64,000 nt of DNA from an uncultured Alphaproteobacteria bacterium (GCA_963817535.1 CAWFOW010000008.1:94694-158693), one strand, 5' to 3'. Positions 9,371 to 19,415 are shown, numbered from the stretch's first letter. The notes: generated by a model from the letters alone, not told the origin. Made by a program: numbers and translations.

Positions 9371-10996
9371 TCAGCGCGCCTTCGGCAAATGCCAGAAGCC
9401 CCAGGGGCTCGGGAACTGGCCGACCGGCACCTCGATCAGGGTCGGGCCGGCCGTCTCGAACAATTCGGCGACTGCCTTGCCGACCTCGTCGGCGTCCTTC
9501 GCGCGACGCGCATTCCAGCCGAAGCTCTCGGCCAGCTTGACGAAATCCGGGTTGCGGAAATCGACGCCGATCTCCTTGCCGCCCAGCACCTCGATCTGGG
9601 TGCGGCGGACATTGCCGAAATGCCCGTCATTGAACAGCACGATGGTGATGTCGATGCCGTGGCGCATCGCGGTCGACATCTCGGGCACGTTGTACATGAA
9701 CCCGCCGTCGCCCGAGATCGCCAGCACCTTCTTGTCCGGGTTGGCGACCTTGACGCCGAGGGCGGTGGCCGAGCCGTACCCCAGCGTGCCCTGGTAGCCG
9801 GTGTGGATGAAATGGCGCGGCAGGTAGGTCGGGAACATGAAGCGCGAGACGTAGCCGACCTGGGTCAGCTCCTCGACGAAGAACCCGTCATCGGGCAAGG
9901 CCGCGCGCATCGCGCGGATATACGCCATCTGCGGCGCGACCTTGTCGTCGAACCGGCGAGCCACGTCCGCCTTGAGTGCGAGGCGCTCGTCCTTGCGCGA
10001 CGGGCGCTTGCGGTTGTGGCGCGGGATCGCGTCGATCAGCGCGCGCAGCCCTTCGCGGGCTTCGGCGACCAGCGCGACGGTCGGCCGCGCGACGCGCGTG
10101 ACCTCCACCGGGTCGATGTCGAGCCGCACGATGGAGAGCCCTTCGTCGGTGCCCCAGCCCGGAATCATCTCCTGGAAGCGCGTGCCGACGGCCAGCGCCA
10201 CGTCGACGCGCGGCCATAGCGCGTGGCCGCCCTGCATCGGCACCACGAAGTCCGACCGGTCCGAGACCGCGCCCAGCGCGCCGCGCGAGGGCACGATCGG
10301 CGCTTCCAGGAGCTTCGCGAGCTCGAGCAGCTCGGCCCCCGCGTCGGCCGCGCCGCCGCCGGCGAAGATCACAGGGTTCTCGGCCTTGCCCAGCAGCTCG
10401 GCCGCGCGCGCCACCTCGTCCGGGTCCGGCACGGGGTCCGCGAGACCATCGATGCGGGATGCCGGCGTCAGCTCGGCGCGCTTCGGCAGCACGTCGAGGG
10501 GCACCTCGATCGCAACCGGGCGGGGCCGGCCCGAATGCATCTGGCGGAACGCTTCGCCCATCAGGTTTGGAATCTCGGCGGGATGGTTGGCGCGCGCCGC
10601 CCACTTGGTCAGGCTGTGCAGAATGCCGAGCTGGTTGTCGATTTCGTGCAGATAGCCGATGCCGCGCCCGATGAAGGGCGAGGGGATCTGGCCGGTAACG
10701 CACATCACCTTCTGGCTGCAGGCGAAGGCGGTGGAGAGGCCCGCGCCGGCATTGAGCAGGCCCGGTCCCGGCACGACGGTGAACACGCCGACCTTGCCGG
10801 TCGACTGGGCGTAGCCGAACGCCATGTAGGCCGCGCCCTGCTCGTGGCGCGTATGGATCATGCGGATCGCATTGCGCTCGTCGTGGAAGGCAGCGAACAG
10901 GTGGTCGAGCTGCATGCCGGGCAGGCCGAATACCGTGTCGATGCCTTGGCCGATCAGCGACTTCACCACGGCCTGTCCGCCGGTCAACTGCGCCAT
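9371..10996 (-). CDS. thiamine-diphosphate-dependent enzyme, acetolactate synthase / benzoylformate decarboxylase family
   Basis: N-terminal TPP-Pyr domain, then central and C-terminal TPP-binding domains (GDGGFMYNVPEMSTA). Start set at MAQLTGG, which is preceded by a GGGGAGG RBS. No ilvN-like small subunit is adjacent. Confidence 0.7.
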   Translation of the reverse strand: MAQLTGGQAVVKSLIGQGIDTVFGLPGMQLDHLFAAFHDERNAIRMIHTRHEQGAAYMAFGYAQSTGKVGVFTVVPGPGLLNAGAGLSTAFACSQKVMCVTGQIPSPFIGRGIGYLHEIDNQLGILHSLTKWAARANHPAEIPNLMGEAFRQMHSGRPRPVAIEVPLDVLPKRAELTPASRIDGLADPVPDPDEVARAAELLGKAENPVIFAGGGAADAGAELLELAKLLEAPIVPSRGALGAVSDRSDFVVPMQGGHALWPRVDVALAVGTRFQEMIPGWGTDEGLSIVRLDIDPVEVTRVARPTVALVAEAREGLRALIDAIPRHNRKRPSRKDERLALKADVARRFDDKVAPQMAYIRAMRAALPDDGFFVEELTQVGYVSRFMFPTYLPRHFIHTGYQGTLGYGSATALGVKVANPDKKVLAISGDGGFMYNVPEMSTAMRHGIDITIVLFNDGHFGNVRRTQIEVLGGKEIGVDFRNPDFVKLAESFGWNARRAKDADEVGKAVAELFETAGPTLIEVPVGQFPSPWGFWHLPKAR

Positions 10997-11086
10997 CCCC
11001 GCCTCCCCTGTCACGTTGCGCATGTGACGACCCCGAGTCTCGCCGGTCACGATAGCCGAAAAGGCGGAGGGGCGCGAAGCGGCGCG

Positions 11087-12220
11087 TCAGTTCACGTGCG
11101 GCAGGATGAAGGCCTGGCCCGGATAGATCAGGTCGGGATCGCGTATCTGGTCGCGGTTGGCCTGGTAGATCTCGGTGTAGCGCGTGCCGTGCCCGTAGGT
11201 GCGCCGCGCGATGCGCCACAGGCTGTTGCCGGGCTGCACGAACGCAACCGTGCCGGGCGGCAGGTTGCCGATGGCGCCCGCGCGGGTGAACGGCGTCTCG
11301 ATGCGCGCGACGACCTTGCCGTCCGGCGCCACCTCGTCGAGCCGCAGCTTGTAGGTGCCGGGGGGCAGGGCAGGCTCCGGCACCATCGCCCAGCGCCCGT
11401 CCGGGCCGGCCTTGGCGCTTCCGCTATGCTTGTTGTCGACATAGGCCTCGACGTCGCTGCCGGCCGGCGCGCGGCCGGACAGCGCGATCTTGCCTTCGTC
11501 GCCATAATCGACCGTCTCGAGCGACAGTTCGCCCGAGTGCAGCCCTTCCTCTATTGTCTCCTTGCCCGCGCCATCCGCGGACTTGCGGGCGGGTGCCGTG
11601 GTCGTCTGCGTCGCCGGCGGGGGCGCCTGAAGAAGCCGCGACGGGCCGCCGTCGCGCGGCACCTCGACGGCGATCGGGCCGGTGGGTTGCGCGGGGCCGG
11701 CGCTCGCGATCTGGCTCGATGGTTGCGGCTCGGGCACGGCCAGCACGACCGTCGATCCGGCCTGCAATTTCTTGCCGTCCTTCCCCGCCGCTTCGATGGA
11801 CAACTCGGCCATGCCGGGCTTGAGGGGCTTTTCCGGCACCAGCACCCATTCGCCGCGCGCGTCCGCCTTGGCGCGGCCGATCTCGACGCCGCCCGCGCGC
11901 ACCGTGACTTCGGCGTTGGGCGCGGCGCGCCCGGCGATGACGGCGTCGCCCTGCGGGTTGACTCGCACCACGTCGAACGAGGGACGGATCGGCCGCTCGC
12001 CCAGTGCGGGCGCGGGAGTCTCGCCGGCGGCGCCCGGCGCCGCGGCGGCCTCGGGCATTGCGGCTTCCGGCTTGGCGGTGGCGGGCGACGAAGTCGCAAC
12101 CTGCTCGGGCGCGGGATCGGTGGTGCCCGTGTCGATCACGTAGTTGAGCACGATCGCGGCGATCAATATGACCAGCCCGACCGCGCCGATGATCAGGGAG
12201 CGCTTCACGTCCTCTCGCAA
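11087..12220 (-). CDS. LysM domain-containing membrane-anchored protein
   Basis: N-terminal TM LIIGAVGLVILIAAIVL, then a Pro/Ala-rich linker and Ig-like repeats. C-terminal LysM: VQPGNSLWRIARRTYGHGTRYTEIYQANRDQIRDPDLIYPGQAFILP. Confidence 0.65.
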   Translation of the reverse strand: MREDVKRSLIIGAVGLVILIAAIVLNYVIDTGTTDPAPEQVATSSPATAKPEAAMPEAAAAPGAAGETPAPALGERPIRPSFDVVRVNPQGDAVIAGRAAPNAEVTVRAGGVEIGRAKADARGEWVLVPEKPLKPGMAELSIEAAGKDGKKLQAGSTVVLAVPEPQPSSQIASAGPAQPTGPIAVEVPRDGGPSRLLQAPPPATQTTTAPARKSADGAGKETIEEGLHSGELSLETVDYGDEGKIALSGRAPAGSDVEAYVDNKHSGSAKAGPDGRWAMVPEPALPPGTYKLRLDEVAPDGKVVARIETPFTRAGAIGNLPPGTVAFVQPGNSLWRIARRTYGHGTRYTEIYQANRDQIRDPDLIYPGQAFILPHVN

Positions 12221-12343
12221 CTAGCCCGAATAACGCTCAGTGAATCCAGGTTAGTCCCCATAACGGGTGGGCGCAAGGTTGGCGGCGGTGCGAGCCATTG
12301 CCCGGGGCCGGCAATCAACGCGATCGATCAATGGGTTAGATGC

Positions 12344-13237
12344 TCAGTGGGCATGGCCGGAGTCGCTGCGAATCGTCGGCAGGGACTTGAGATAGACCGC
12401 GATCGCCTTGCGGTCCGCCGCGGTCAGCTTGCTGGTCGCGCCGTTGACGACCTCGGCCATCAGCGATCCGGCGAAGTCGCCGTCGGGGTCCATGCCGCTT
12501 TCGAGATACTGCACGATGTCCGTCTCGGACCACTTGCCGATCCCGGTTTCCGGGTCAGGGGTGATGTTCGGAATATGCGCGCCGTCCGGGCCGTCGGCAT
12601 TGCCGGACATCCACGCCTCGTGGTCGAGCCCGCCCAGCGCGTTGCGCGGGGTGTGGCATTCGCCGCAATGCGCCAGCGCGACGGCGAGATAGGCGCCCCG
12701 GTTGCGCTCCGCCGATTGCCCAGGGTCGGGGCGGAACGGGCCAGGCGAGAAGTTGAGCCAGCGCCAGAAGGTCAGCAGGAACCGCCAGCCGAACGGGAAG
12801 TCCGCCTTCTGCGCCACGTTCGACCGGTCGGACGGCGGCACGGTCCGCAGGTACGCCCAGAGGTCGGCGATGTCCGCATCGGTGATCTTGGTGAACGAGG
12901 TGTAGGGGAACACCGGATAGAACGGCGTGCCGCCCGGCGAAAGCCCGCGGCGCATGGCCTTGTGGAAATCGGCCTCGGTCCATGCGCCGATGCCGTGGGT
13001 CTTGTCGGGCGTGATGTTGGGTGCGAAGAACGTGCCGAACGGCGTGGTAATCCCCGCGCCGCCCGCGAGCAGCGGTCCCTTGTTCTTGGTGTCGGTGTGG
13101 CACGCGGCGCAGCCGCCGGCATGGAATACATATTCGCCGCGTTTCGCATCGCCCGCCGCGCGCGCGAGGGGAGCGGCGAGCAAGACCGCCACCGCAATGG
13201 TCGATGCGGCGGCCCATGGCGCAATGTGCAGGGCCAT
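12344..13237 (-). CDS. dihaem c-type cytochrome
   Basis: Two CXXCH motifs (GGCAACHT, HCGECHT) and a signal-like N-terminus. Start set at MALHIAPW, which carries a GGGGAGAAGG RBS. Confidence 0.7.
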   Translation of the reverse strand: MALHIAPWAAASTIAVAVLLAAPLARAAGDAKRGEYVFHAGGCAACHTDTKNKGPLLAGGAGITTPFGTFFAPNITPDKTHGIGAWTEADFHKAMRRGLSPGGTPFYPVFPYTSFTKITDADIADLWAYLRTVPPSDRSNVAQKADFPFGWRFLLTFWRWLNFSPGPFRPDPGQSAERNRGAYLAVALAHCGECHTPRNALGGLDHEAWMSGNADGPDGAHIPNITPDPETGIGKWSETDIVQYLESGMDPDGDFAGSLMAEVVNGATSKLTAADRKAIAVYLKSLPTIRSDSGHAH

Positions 13238-13346
13238 CCTTCTCCCCAGTCGCAACAAAGGCCGGACCGTTCGGTCCGGCCTCGTTGCAACAGGGTTCAC
13301 GCTCGCGCCGCAGCCGTCAAGCGGCGGGGCGCATCAGGCGTGAGTC

Positions 13347-13829
13347 TCAGCTGCTCTTCTCGCGGAACTGGCCGTGGCACGCGCCGCAGGCGTTGCGACC
13401 CATGTCGCCGAACGCGGCCTGGATCTTCGCCTTGTCGCCCGATTTGGCGGCCGCCTCGAGCGCCATCGCCTTTTCTTCGAGCATCTTGGCGTTGGCCTTG
13501 AACTTCGCCATGTCGGTCCAGATGACCGGCAGGGCCTTCGTCTTGCCCGGCATGTCCTTGTCGCTGGTGCCCGCAGGGAACAGCTCGGGGATCTTCTTGG
13601 CGTCCTCGACGATGCTTTCGGCTGCTTTCGCGACGTCCGCGGCGCTGCCCTGGCCCTTTAGATAGTCGGCCACGACCTTGGCGTCCTTGCCGTTCTGCTT
13701 CATCAGCGCCTGGCGCTTCTCGACGGCGGCCATGTCGGCCGCGTGCGACGGCGCGGCGACGGCGAGCCCGCTCGCGATCATCGCGACGAACCCGGCCGCG
13801 GCCAGCATGTGACGCATTTCGAATTTCAT
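13347..13829 (-). CDS. class II cytochrome c (cytochrome c' / c556 family)
   Basis: 161 aa with a signal peptide. A single CGACHGQF haem site close to the C-terminus is diagnostic of class II cytochromes c. Start at MKFEM with GGAGG RBS. Confidence 0.65.
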   Translation of the reverse strand: MKFEMRHMLAAAGFVAMIASGLAVAAPSHAADMAAVEKRQALMKQNGKDAKVVADYLKGQGSAADVAKAAESIVEDAKKIPELFPAGTSDKDMPGKTKALPVIWTDMAKFKANAKMLEEKAMALEAAAKSGDKAKIQAAFGDMGRNACGACHGQFREKSS

Positions 13830-13966
13830 GAAATCCTCCCTCGTCTGACACCCAAAGTGGGCACCGCGGCGCCCACGGAAAAATATACACGCATGCGGAC
13901 GATCTATTCCGGCGATTCCGCCGCGCATGGATATCGCCTATCCTGACCCCGCGAAACGGAGGGACG

Positions 13967-14551
13967 ATGGGCGCGGTCACGTCGGTATGCGTCTATTGCG
14001 GGGCGTCGGGCGGGGTCGAGCGCCGATTCCTCGACGCCGCCACGGCGATGGGGCGAGGCGCGGCGGAGCGCGGGCTCAGGCTGGTGTTCGGCGGCGGCCA
14101 TGTCGGACTGATGGGGCGCATGGCCGATGCCGCGCTCGCCGCCGGAGGCGAGGTGCACGGCGTGATCCCACGCCCGCTGGTGGAGCGCGAGCTGGGCCAC
14201 CAGGGCCTCACCGCGCTGCACGTCGTCGGCTCGATGCACGAGCGCAAGCAGAAGATGTTCGACCTCTCGGACGCGTTCGTCGCCCTGCCGGGCGGGATCG
14301 GCACGCTGGACGAGACGATCGAGGTGCTGACCTGGAAGCAGCTCGGCTTCCACGACAAGCCGATCGTGCTGCTGGATCTCGACGGCTACTGGGCACCGCT
14401 GCTTGTCCTGGTCGACCAGGTGATCGCCGAGGGGTTCGCCCCCGCCGCGACCGCGCGCCTGTTCGCGGTCGCCCCCACGGTCGAGGCCGTGTTCGACGTG
14501 CTGGAACGCGCTCCCGCCCCGGCGCTCCACCCCGATTCCGTGCGGTTCTGA
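13967..14551 (+). CDS. LOG-family protein (cytokinin riboside 5'-monophosphate phosphoribohydrolase / TIGR00730)
   Basis: 194 aa. LVFGGGHVGLMG and the PGGIGTLDE motif are characteristic of the LOG family. Confidence 0.75.
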   Translation: MGAVTSVCVYCGASGGVERRFLDAATAMGRGAAERGLRLVFGGGHVGLMGRMADAALAAGGEVHGVIPRPLVERELGHQGLTALHVVGSMHERKQKMFDLSDAFVALPGGIGTLDETIEVLTWKQLGFHDKPIVLLDLDGYWAPLLVLVDQVIAEGFAPAATARLFAVAPTVEAVFDVLERAPAPALHPDSVRF

Positions 14552-14661
14552 GGGGACTCCCGGACGGTTGCGCTGGGCGCGCGCGGTGATATTGTGCGGC
14601 GCCTCTCATTACCCAAAAGATAGCAGGGCCGGGCGCGCCGGCCGGACGAAGGGAACGACGC

Positions 14662-15876
14662 ATGCCCAAGATCAAGGTCAAGAACCCGGTCATCGAGCTC
14701 GACGGCGACGAGATGACACGGATCATCTGGCAGTTCATCAAGGAACGGCTGATCCTGCCCTATCTCGACGTCGACCTGAAATACTACGACCTCGGCATGG
14801 AGAAGCGCGACGAGACCAACGACCAGATCACGGTCGATGCCGCCAACGCCATCAAGCAGTACGGGGTGGGCGTCAAGTGCGCCACCATCACGCCGGACGA
14901 GGGGCGCGTCGAGGAATTCAAGCTGAAGGCCATGTACCGTTCGCCCAACGGCACGATCCGCAACATTCTGGGCGGCACGATCTTCCGCGAACCGATCGTC
15001 ATCAACAATATTCCGCGCCTGGTGCCGGGCTGGACCCAGTCCTTCGTGATCGGCCGCCACGCCTATGGCGACCAATACAAGGCGCAGGACATGATCATCC
15101 CCGGCAAGGGCAGGGTGATCATGCGGTTCGAGCCTGCCGATGGCGGCAAGCCGCAGGAAGTCGTCGTGCACGAGTTCGACGGGCCGGGCGTTGCGCTGGG
15201 CATGCACAATCTCGACGAGTCGATCCGCGGCTTCGCGCGCGCCTGCATGAATTACGGGCTCGACCGCGGCTGGCCGGTCTATCTGTCCACCAAGAATACG
15301 ATCCTGAAAAAGTACGACGGCCGCTTCAAGGACATCTTCCAGGAGGTGTTCGACAAGGAATTCGCCGCCGCATTCGAGACGAAGAAAATCATCTACGAAC
15401 ACCGTCTGATCGACGACATGGTGGCCCAATCGATGAAGTGGTCGGGCGGATACGTCTGGGCGTGCAAGAACTATGACGGCGACGTGCAGTCCGACACGGC
15501 GGCGCAGGGCTTCGGCTCGCTCGGGCTGATGACCTCGGTCCTGATGACGCCCGACGGCAAGACGGTCGAGGCCGAGGCGGCGCATGGCACGGTCACGCGC
15601 CATTACCGCCAGCACCAGAAGGGGCAGGAGACCTCGACCAACCCGATCGCCTCGATCTTCGCCTGGACGCGCGGGCTCTATTTCCGCGGCAAGTTCGACG
15701 CGACGCCCGACGTGGTGCGCTTCGCCGAGACGCTGGAGAAGGTCTGCATCGAGGCCGTCGAGCAGGGTGAGATGACCAAGGACCTGGCCCTGCTGATCGG
15801 CCCCGACCAGAAGTGGCAGAACACGCGCCAGTTCCTCGACTCGCTGGATGGTCGCCTCAAGCGCGCGATGGGGTAA
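14662..15876 (+). CDS. icd: NADP-dependent isocitrate dehydrogenase (404-aa, eukaryotic-like form)
   Basis: [23 protein letters not shown]...GGTIFREPI...[10 protein letters not shown] is a strong match to the NADP-IDH type found in alphaproteobacteria. Confidence 0.9.
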   Translation: MPKIKVKNPVIELDGDEMTRIIWQFIKERLILPYLDVDLKYYDLGMEKRDETNDQITVDAANAIKQYGVGVKCATITPDEGRVEEFKLKAMYRSPNGTIRNILGGTIFREPIVINNIPRLVPGWTQSFVIGRHAYGDQYKAQDMIIPGKGRVIMRFEPADGGKPQEVVVHEFDGPGVALGMHNLDESIRGFARACMNYGLDRGWPVYLSTKNTILKKYDGRFKDIFQEVFDKEFAAAFETKKIIYEHRLIDDMVAQSMKWSGGYVWACKNYDGDVQSDTAAQGFGSLGLMTSVLMTPDGKTVEAEAAHGTVTRHYRQHQKGQETSTNPIASIFAWTRGLYFRGKFDATPDVVRFAETLEKVCIEAVEQGEMTKDLALLIGPDQKWQNTRQFLDSLDGRLKRAMG

Positions 15877-16168
15877 CCTGGATTGTCACCCCTGGCGCGG
15901 CGCCCGGGATGACAGGGTTATTCTCCTTTGTCATCCCGGCCGAGCCGCTTTCGCGGCGAGAGCCGGGACCCATCCATCCAGATCCGAGAGGTTTCGACAT
16001 AGGCCCCGGCTCGGCGCGGCGCGCCGTCCGGGGTGACAACTTGGCGTTGGTCCCACCACTGATCATCGGGCCGCGCGGCCAACCGCGACGCTCGACCGCG
16101 GCGGGGCGATCGGCTAACCTCCGGGCCAATTCGGAACCGTTCGCAAGCATTCGATAGGGAGAGACGCA

Positions 16169-17929
16169 ATGAGCAATGGCGAGGCCGCTGGGGCCTGGAC
16201 CGAAACCAAGGCCGATGACGTCGCCGATGCGATCGTCGCGGCGCTCAGCGCCGGCGGCGTTGATCACCTGTTCTTCACCTCGGGCTCGGAGATCGGCTTC
16301 TACCAGGAGGCGGTGGCCAAGGCGCGCGCCCAGGGCCACAACAACCCGATCCGCCTGATCACCGTGCCGATCGAGCACGCCAGCCTCAACGCCGCCCTCG
16401 GCTTCGCGGCCGTGTCCGGCCGTCCGGCCGTGACCGCGGCTCACGTCGATTGCGGCACCCAGCATTACGGCGGCGCGGTGCACACCGCCTGGCGCTCGAA
16501 CCTGCCGGTCATCATGACGGCGGGCTTCGCGCCGACCGGATTTCCGGGGTCGATGAAGGGCTCGCGCGACGAGGGCGCGCATCTGTGGATGCAGCAGGTC
16601 TTCGACCAGAACGGCATCGTGCGCAACTACACCAAGTGGGACCACCAGCTCGCCTGGCAGGACAACCCCGCGACCATCATGAGCCGCGCCATCCAGGTGG
16701 CGCGCACCGAGCCGCAGGGCCCGGTCTATGTCTGCTTCCCGAAGGAGCTGACCTACCTGCCGTTCAAGGACGGCAAGTTCCCGTCGGCCGACCAGCTCGG
16801 CATCCCGCGCCCGATGGCGCCCGATCCCGAGGCGGTGAAGGAGATCGCGGCCCAGCTCGTGCGCGCCAACAGCCCCTACCTCGTCGTCGGGTTCTCGGGC
16901 CGCAACCCCGAGACGGTGAAGCCGCTCGTCGCGCTCGCCGAGATGCTCGGCATGGGCGTCGTCGACGCGGCGCAGCGCGGCTATATGTGCTTTCCGTTCC
17001 GTCATCCTCTGTGCCAAGCCACCACCGCGCTCAGCGACGCGGACGCGGTGCTGGTGATGGACGCCGAGGTGCCGTGGATGCCCAACCGCAACCCGCCGAA
17101 GGCCAACGCCTTCGTCGCCGCGGTCGGCTACGACCCGATCCAGATGCGCCTGCCGACCTACGAGTTCACGGCCGACGTGCGTCTCGGCACCGATCCGCTG
17201 CTGACCATCAAGGCGCTGGCCGCCGAGGTGAAGAAGCAGCTCAAGGCGGAGGACAAGCAGCGCGTCGCCGACCGCACCAAGAAGCTCGCGGCGGCCTCCA
17301 AAAAGCGCTTCGCCGACGCGGATGCCGAGGCCGAGGCGCATGCGAAGGACTCGCCGATCCATCCCTACTGGGTCAGCTACAATCTCGGCAAGGTGCTCGA
17401 CGACAACAGCATCGTGCTGGACGAGACGCTGGCCGGGCCGCGCGTGCGCGAATACATGCACCGCGACAAGCCGGGCTCGTACTTCTCGAACCCGGGCTCG
17501 TCGGGTGGCTGGTCGCCGGGCGCCGCGCTGGGGGCGAAGCTCGCCGCGCCCGACAAGGACGTGGTCGCCGTCTGCGGCGACGGGTTCTACATGTTCGGCA
17601 CGCCCGCGCCCGCCCTGTGGGCCGGCGCCCACCACGATGCGCCGTTCATGGTGGTCGTCTATTGCAACCGCAGCTACACGACCGGCACGACCAACGTCGC
17701 CAACGCCTATGGGCCGGACGGCTACGCCAAGAAGGCGGGCTTCCCGGGCGGCTATTTCGATCCGCCGATCGACTTCGCCAAGGAGGCCGAGGCCGCCGGA
17801 GCGTATGGCGAGACCGTGCGCGACCCGGCCGAGGTGGCGCCGGCGCTCAAGCGCGGTCTGGAGCAGATCCGGTCGGGCAAGCCCGCCGTGATCTCGATCT
17901 GGGAAAAGCGCCTCGAGGGCGAGGACTGA
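16169..17929 (+). CDS. thiamine-diphosphate-dependent enzyme (ALS-family paralog)
   Basis: 586 aa. TPP-Pyr N-domain and C-terminal GDGFYMFGTPAPALWAGAHHD TPP-binding motif. No small subunit is adjacent. Confidence 0.7.
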   Translation: MSNGEAAGAWTETKADDVADAIVAALSAGGVDHLFFTSGSEIGFYQEAVAKARAQGHNNPIRLITVPIEHASLNAALGFAAVSGRPAVTAAHVDCGTQHYGGAVHTAWRSNLPVIMTAGFAPTGFPGSMKGSRDEGAHLWMQQVFDQNGIVRNYTKWDHQLAWQDNPATIMSRAIQVARTEPQGPVYVCFPKELTYLPFKDGKFPSADQLGIPRPMAPDPEAVKEIAAQLVRANSPYLVVGFSGRNPETVKPLVALAEMLGMGVVDAAQRGYMCFPFRHPLCQATTALSDADAVLVMDAEVPWMPNRNPPKANAFVAAVGYDPIQMRLPTYEFTADVRLGTDPLLTIKALAAEVKKQLKAEDKQRVADRTKKLAAASKKRFADADAEAEAHAKDSPIHPYWVSYNLGKVLDDNSIVLDETLAGPRVREYMHRDKPGSYFSNPGSSGGWSPGAALGAKLAAPDKDVVAVCGDGFYMFGTPAPALWAGAHHDAPFMVVVYCNRSYTTGTTNVANAYGPDGYAKKAGFPGGYFDPPIDFAKEAEAAGAYGETVRDPAEVAPALKRGLEQIRSGKPAVISIWEKRLEGED

Positions 17930-17955
17930 GCGAAGGCGGTTTTTCTGCCACCGTA

Positions 17956-17983
17956 GGGGCCGGTCTCCGACCGGCCCTTTTTT
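17956..17983 (+). terminator. Rho-independent terminator (GGGGCCGGTCTCCGACCGGCCC + TTTTTT) after the TPP enzyme gene
   Basis: GC-rich hairpin followed by a T-run 27 bp after the stop. A second hairpin, GGGGCGGGTCGGGGACCCGCCCC at 17994-18016, faces the convergent MBL gene. Confidence 0.55.
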
Positions 17984-18029
17984 CTGCGACGATGGGGCGG
18001 GTCGGGGACCCGCCCCTACGCATCTTGCC

Positions 18030-18956
18030 CTAACACACCTCGAACTTGCAGCGCGGCCCGTTGGCGACGATGCGCCCGGCGGTCGGCGTCGCGAAGTGCG
18101 CGGCGAGGATGACGTCGCCCGTCTCGGCGTGGCGCTCGACGAAGCGCCGGCGCGTCGCGCGCGACCGCTCGGCATCGACGCAGAACCGGCTGTTCCATTC
18201 CGGCCGCGCCACCTGGATCGGATGGTGCAGCACGTCGCCCGACACGATCGCATGCCGCCCGTCGGCGCGCACGTCGAGGCAGACATGGCCGGGCGAATGG
18301 CCCGGCGTCGGCTCGAGCACCAGCGCGTCGTCGATGGCGAAATCGTTGTCGACGAGGTCGGCCTGCCCCGCCGCGATCACCGGCAGGACCGAATCCTCGA
18401 ACGCGCCGTCCATCGAGCCCGGCCCTTCCAGCGGATCGCCCACCGTCCGCCAGTGCTCGACCTCCGCCTTGTGCAGCACGTAGCGCGCATTCGGGAAGGT
18501 CGGGACCCAGCGCCCGTTCTCGAGCCGCGTGTTCCATCCGACATGGTCGGCGTGGAGATGAGTGCACAGCACGAAATCGACCGCCTCGGGATGCACGCCG
18601 AGCGCCATCAGCCGGTCGAGCCATGTTGACGGCATGCCGTCCCACGCCGGGGTCGACGGGCGCGGCTTGCCGTGGCCGATGCAGCAATCCACCAGCACGG
18701 TGTGGCGCTTGGTACGCACGACGTAGCTCTGGATCGCGCGCTTGTAGGTGTTGGCGGCCGCGTCCCAGAAATGGGGGGCGAGCCAGTCCATCTCCGCCGC
18801 GAACCCGTCGGGCGTCGACTCCGGGAAGAAGAAGGCGGGCTCGTAGCCCAGCCCCTCGAGCTCGACCAGCCGGTCGATCCGCACCTCGCCGATCACGAGC
18901 GGTTCCATGCGCGCCTCGCCCTCGCTCCAGTCCCGGTCGAGTGTAGCGCTTTCCAT
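18030..18956 (-). CDS. MBL-fold metallo-hydrolase
   Basis: HLHADHVGW (HxHxDH) motif with downstream H/D ligands. The start may instead be the internal MEPLVIG. Confidence 0.7.
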   Translation of the reverse strand: MESATLDRDWSEGEARMEPLVIGEVRIDRLVELEGLGYEPAFFFPESTPDGFAAEMDWLAPHFWDAAANTYKRAIQSYVVRTKRHTVLVDCCIGHGKPRPSTPAWDGMPSTWLDRLMALGVHPEAVDFVLCTHLHADHVGWNTRLENGRWVPTFPNARYVLHKAEVEHWRTVGDPLEGPGSMDGAFEDSVLPVIAAGQADLVDNDFAIDDALVLEPTPGHSPGHVCLDVRADGRHAIVSGDVLHHPIQVARPEWNSRFCVDAERSRATRRRFVERHAETGDVILAAHFATPTAGRIVANGPRCKFEVC

Positions 18957-18986
18957 TCGTGCGCGGCGCCGTTATATCAGCGCCCC

Positions 18987-19292
18987 ATGACAACGTTCGC
19001 CATCACTGCCAACCTCGTCCGCGAGGGCACGGTCGTTTATCTGCGCGAGGCCGCCAGTGGACGCACATGGCCGCCCGAGATCGCCGCCGCGACGCTCTAT
19101 GACGACAAGAAAGCGGCCGAGGCGGCGCTCGCCCGCGCCGAGGCCGACGTCGCGGCGAATCTCGTGGTCGGCACCTATCACATCGAGGTCGACACCGCGG
19201 GCGGGATGCCGACGCCGGTCACCGCGCGCGAACGCATCCGCGCGTCCGGCAACCCGACGATCGAGTACGGAAGCGGGTTGAAAGCGCGCTAG
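18987..19292 (+). CDS. DUF2849 domain protein (normally found with sulfite reductase in alphaproteobacteria)
   Basis: 101 aa. MTTFAITANLVREGTVVYLREA...AEADVAANLVVGTYHIEVD matches my recollection of DUF2849. The ATG at 18987 lies inside the longer listed ORF. Confidence 0.55.
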   Translation: MTTFAITANLVREGTVVYLREAASGRTWPPEIAAATLYDDKKAAEAALARAEADVAANLVVGTYHIEVDTAGGMPTPVTARERIRASGNPTIEYGSGLKAR

Positions 19293-19318
19293 CGCGCTTT
19301 CCGATCGCACGGGTCCGG

Positions 19319-19384
19319 CCCTCTCCCCCGCCCGGCCACCCATACCAGCATGACTGTCGTTGGGTGGCCGGGCGGGGGAGAGGG
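19319..19384. terminator. Bidirectional terminator hairpin (24-bp perfect inverted repeat, 18-nt loop) between convergent genes
   Basis: CCCTCTCCCCCGCCCGGCCACCCA ... TGGGTGGCCGGGCGGGGGAGAGGG. It sits between the DUF2849 stop (19292) and the pentapeptide-protein stop (19416). Confidence 0.55.
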
Positions 19385-19415
19385 CTGGCGCGATTCCGCG
19401 CGAGCGGAAGATGCT

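Noticed and set aside
10223-13501. 1092-aa plus-strand ORF spanning over 3 kb
   Set aside because: It lies antisense across four well-supported minus-strand genes (TPP enzyme, LysM protein, two cytochromes). The translation is Arg/Ala/Gly-rich with no domain-like pattern. This is the typical high-GC open-frame artefact.
15857-18286. 809-aa minus-strand ORF
   Set aside because: Antisense to the 586-aa TPP enzyme gene and the convergent terminator region. R/G/A-rich composition. It starts inside the MBL-gene neighbourhood in an alternate frame.
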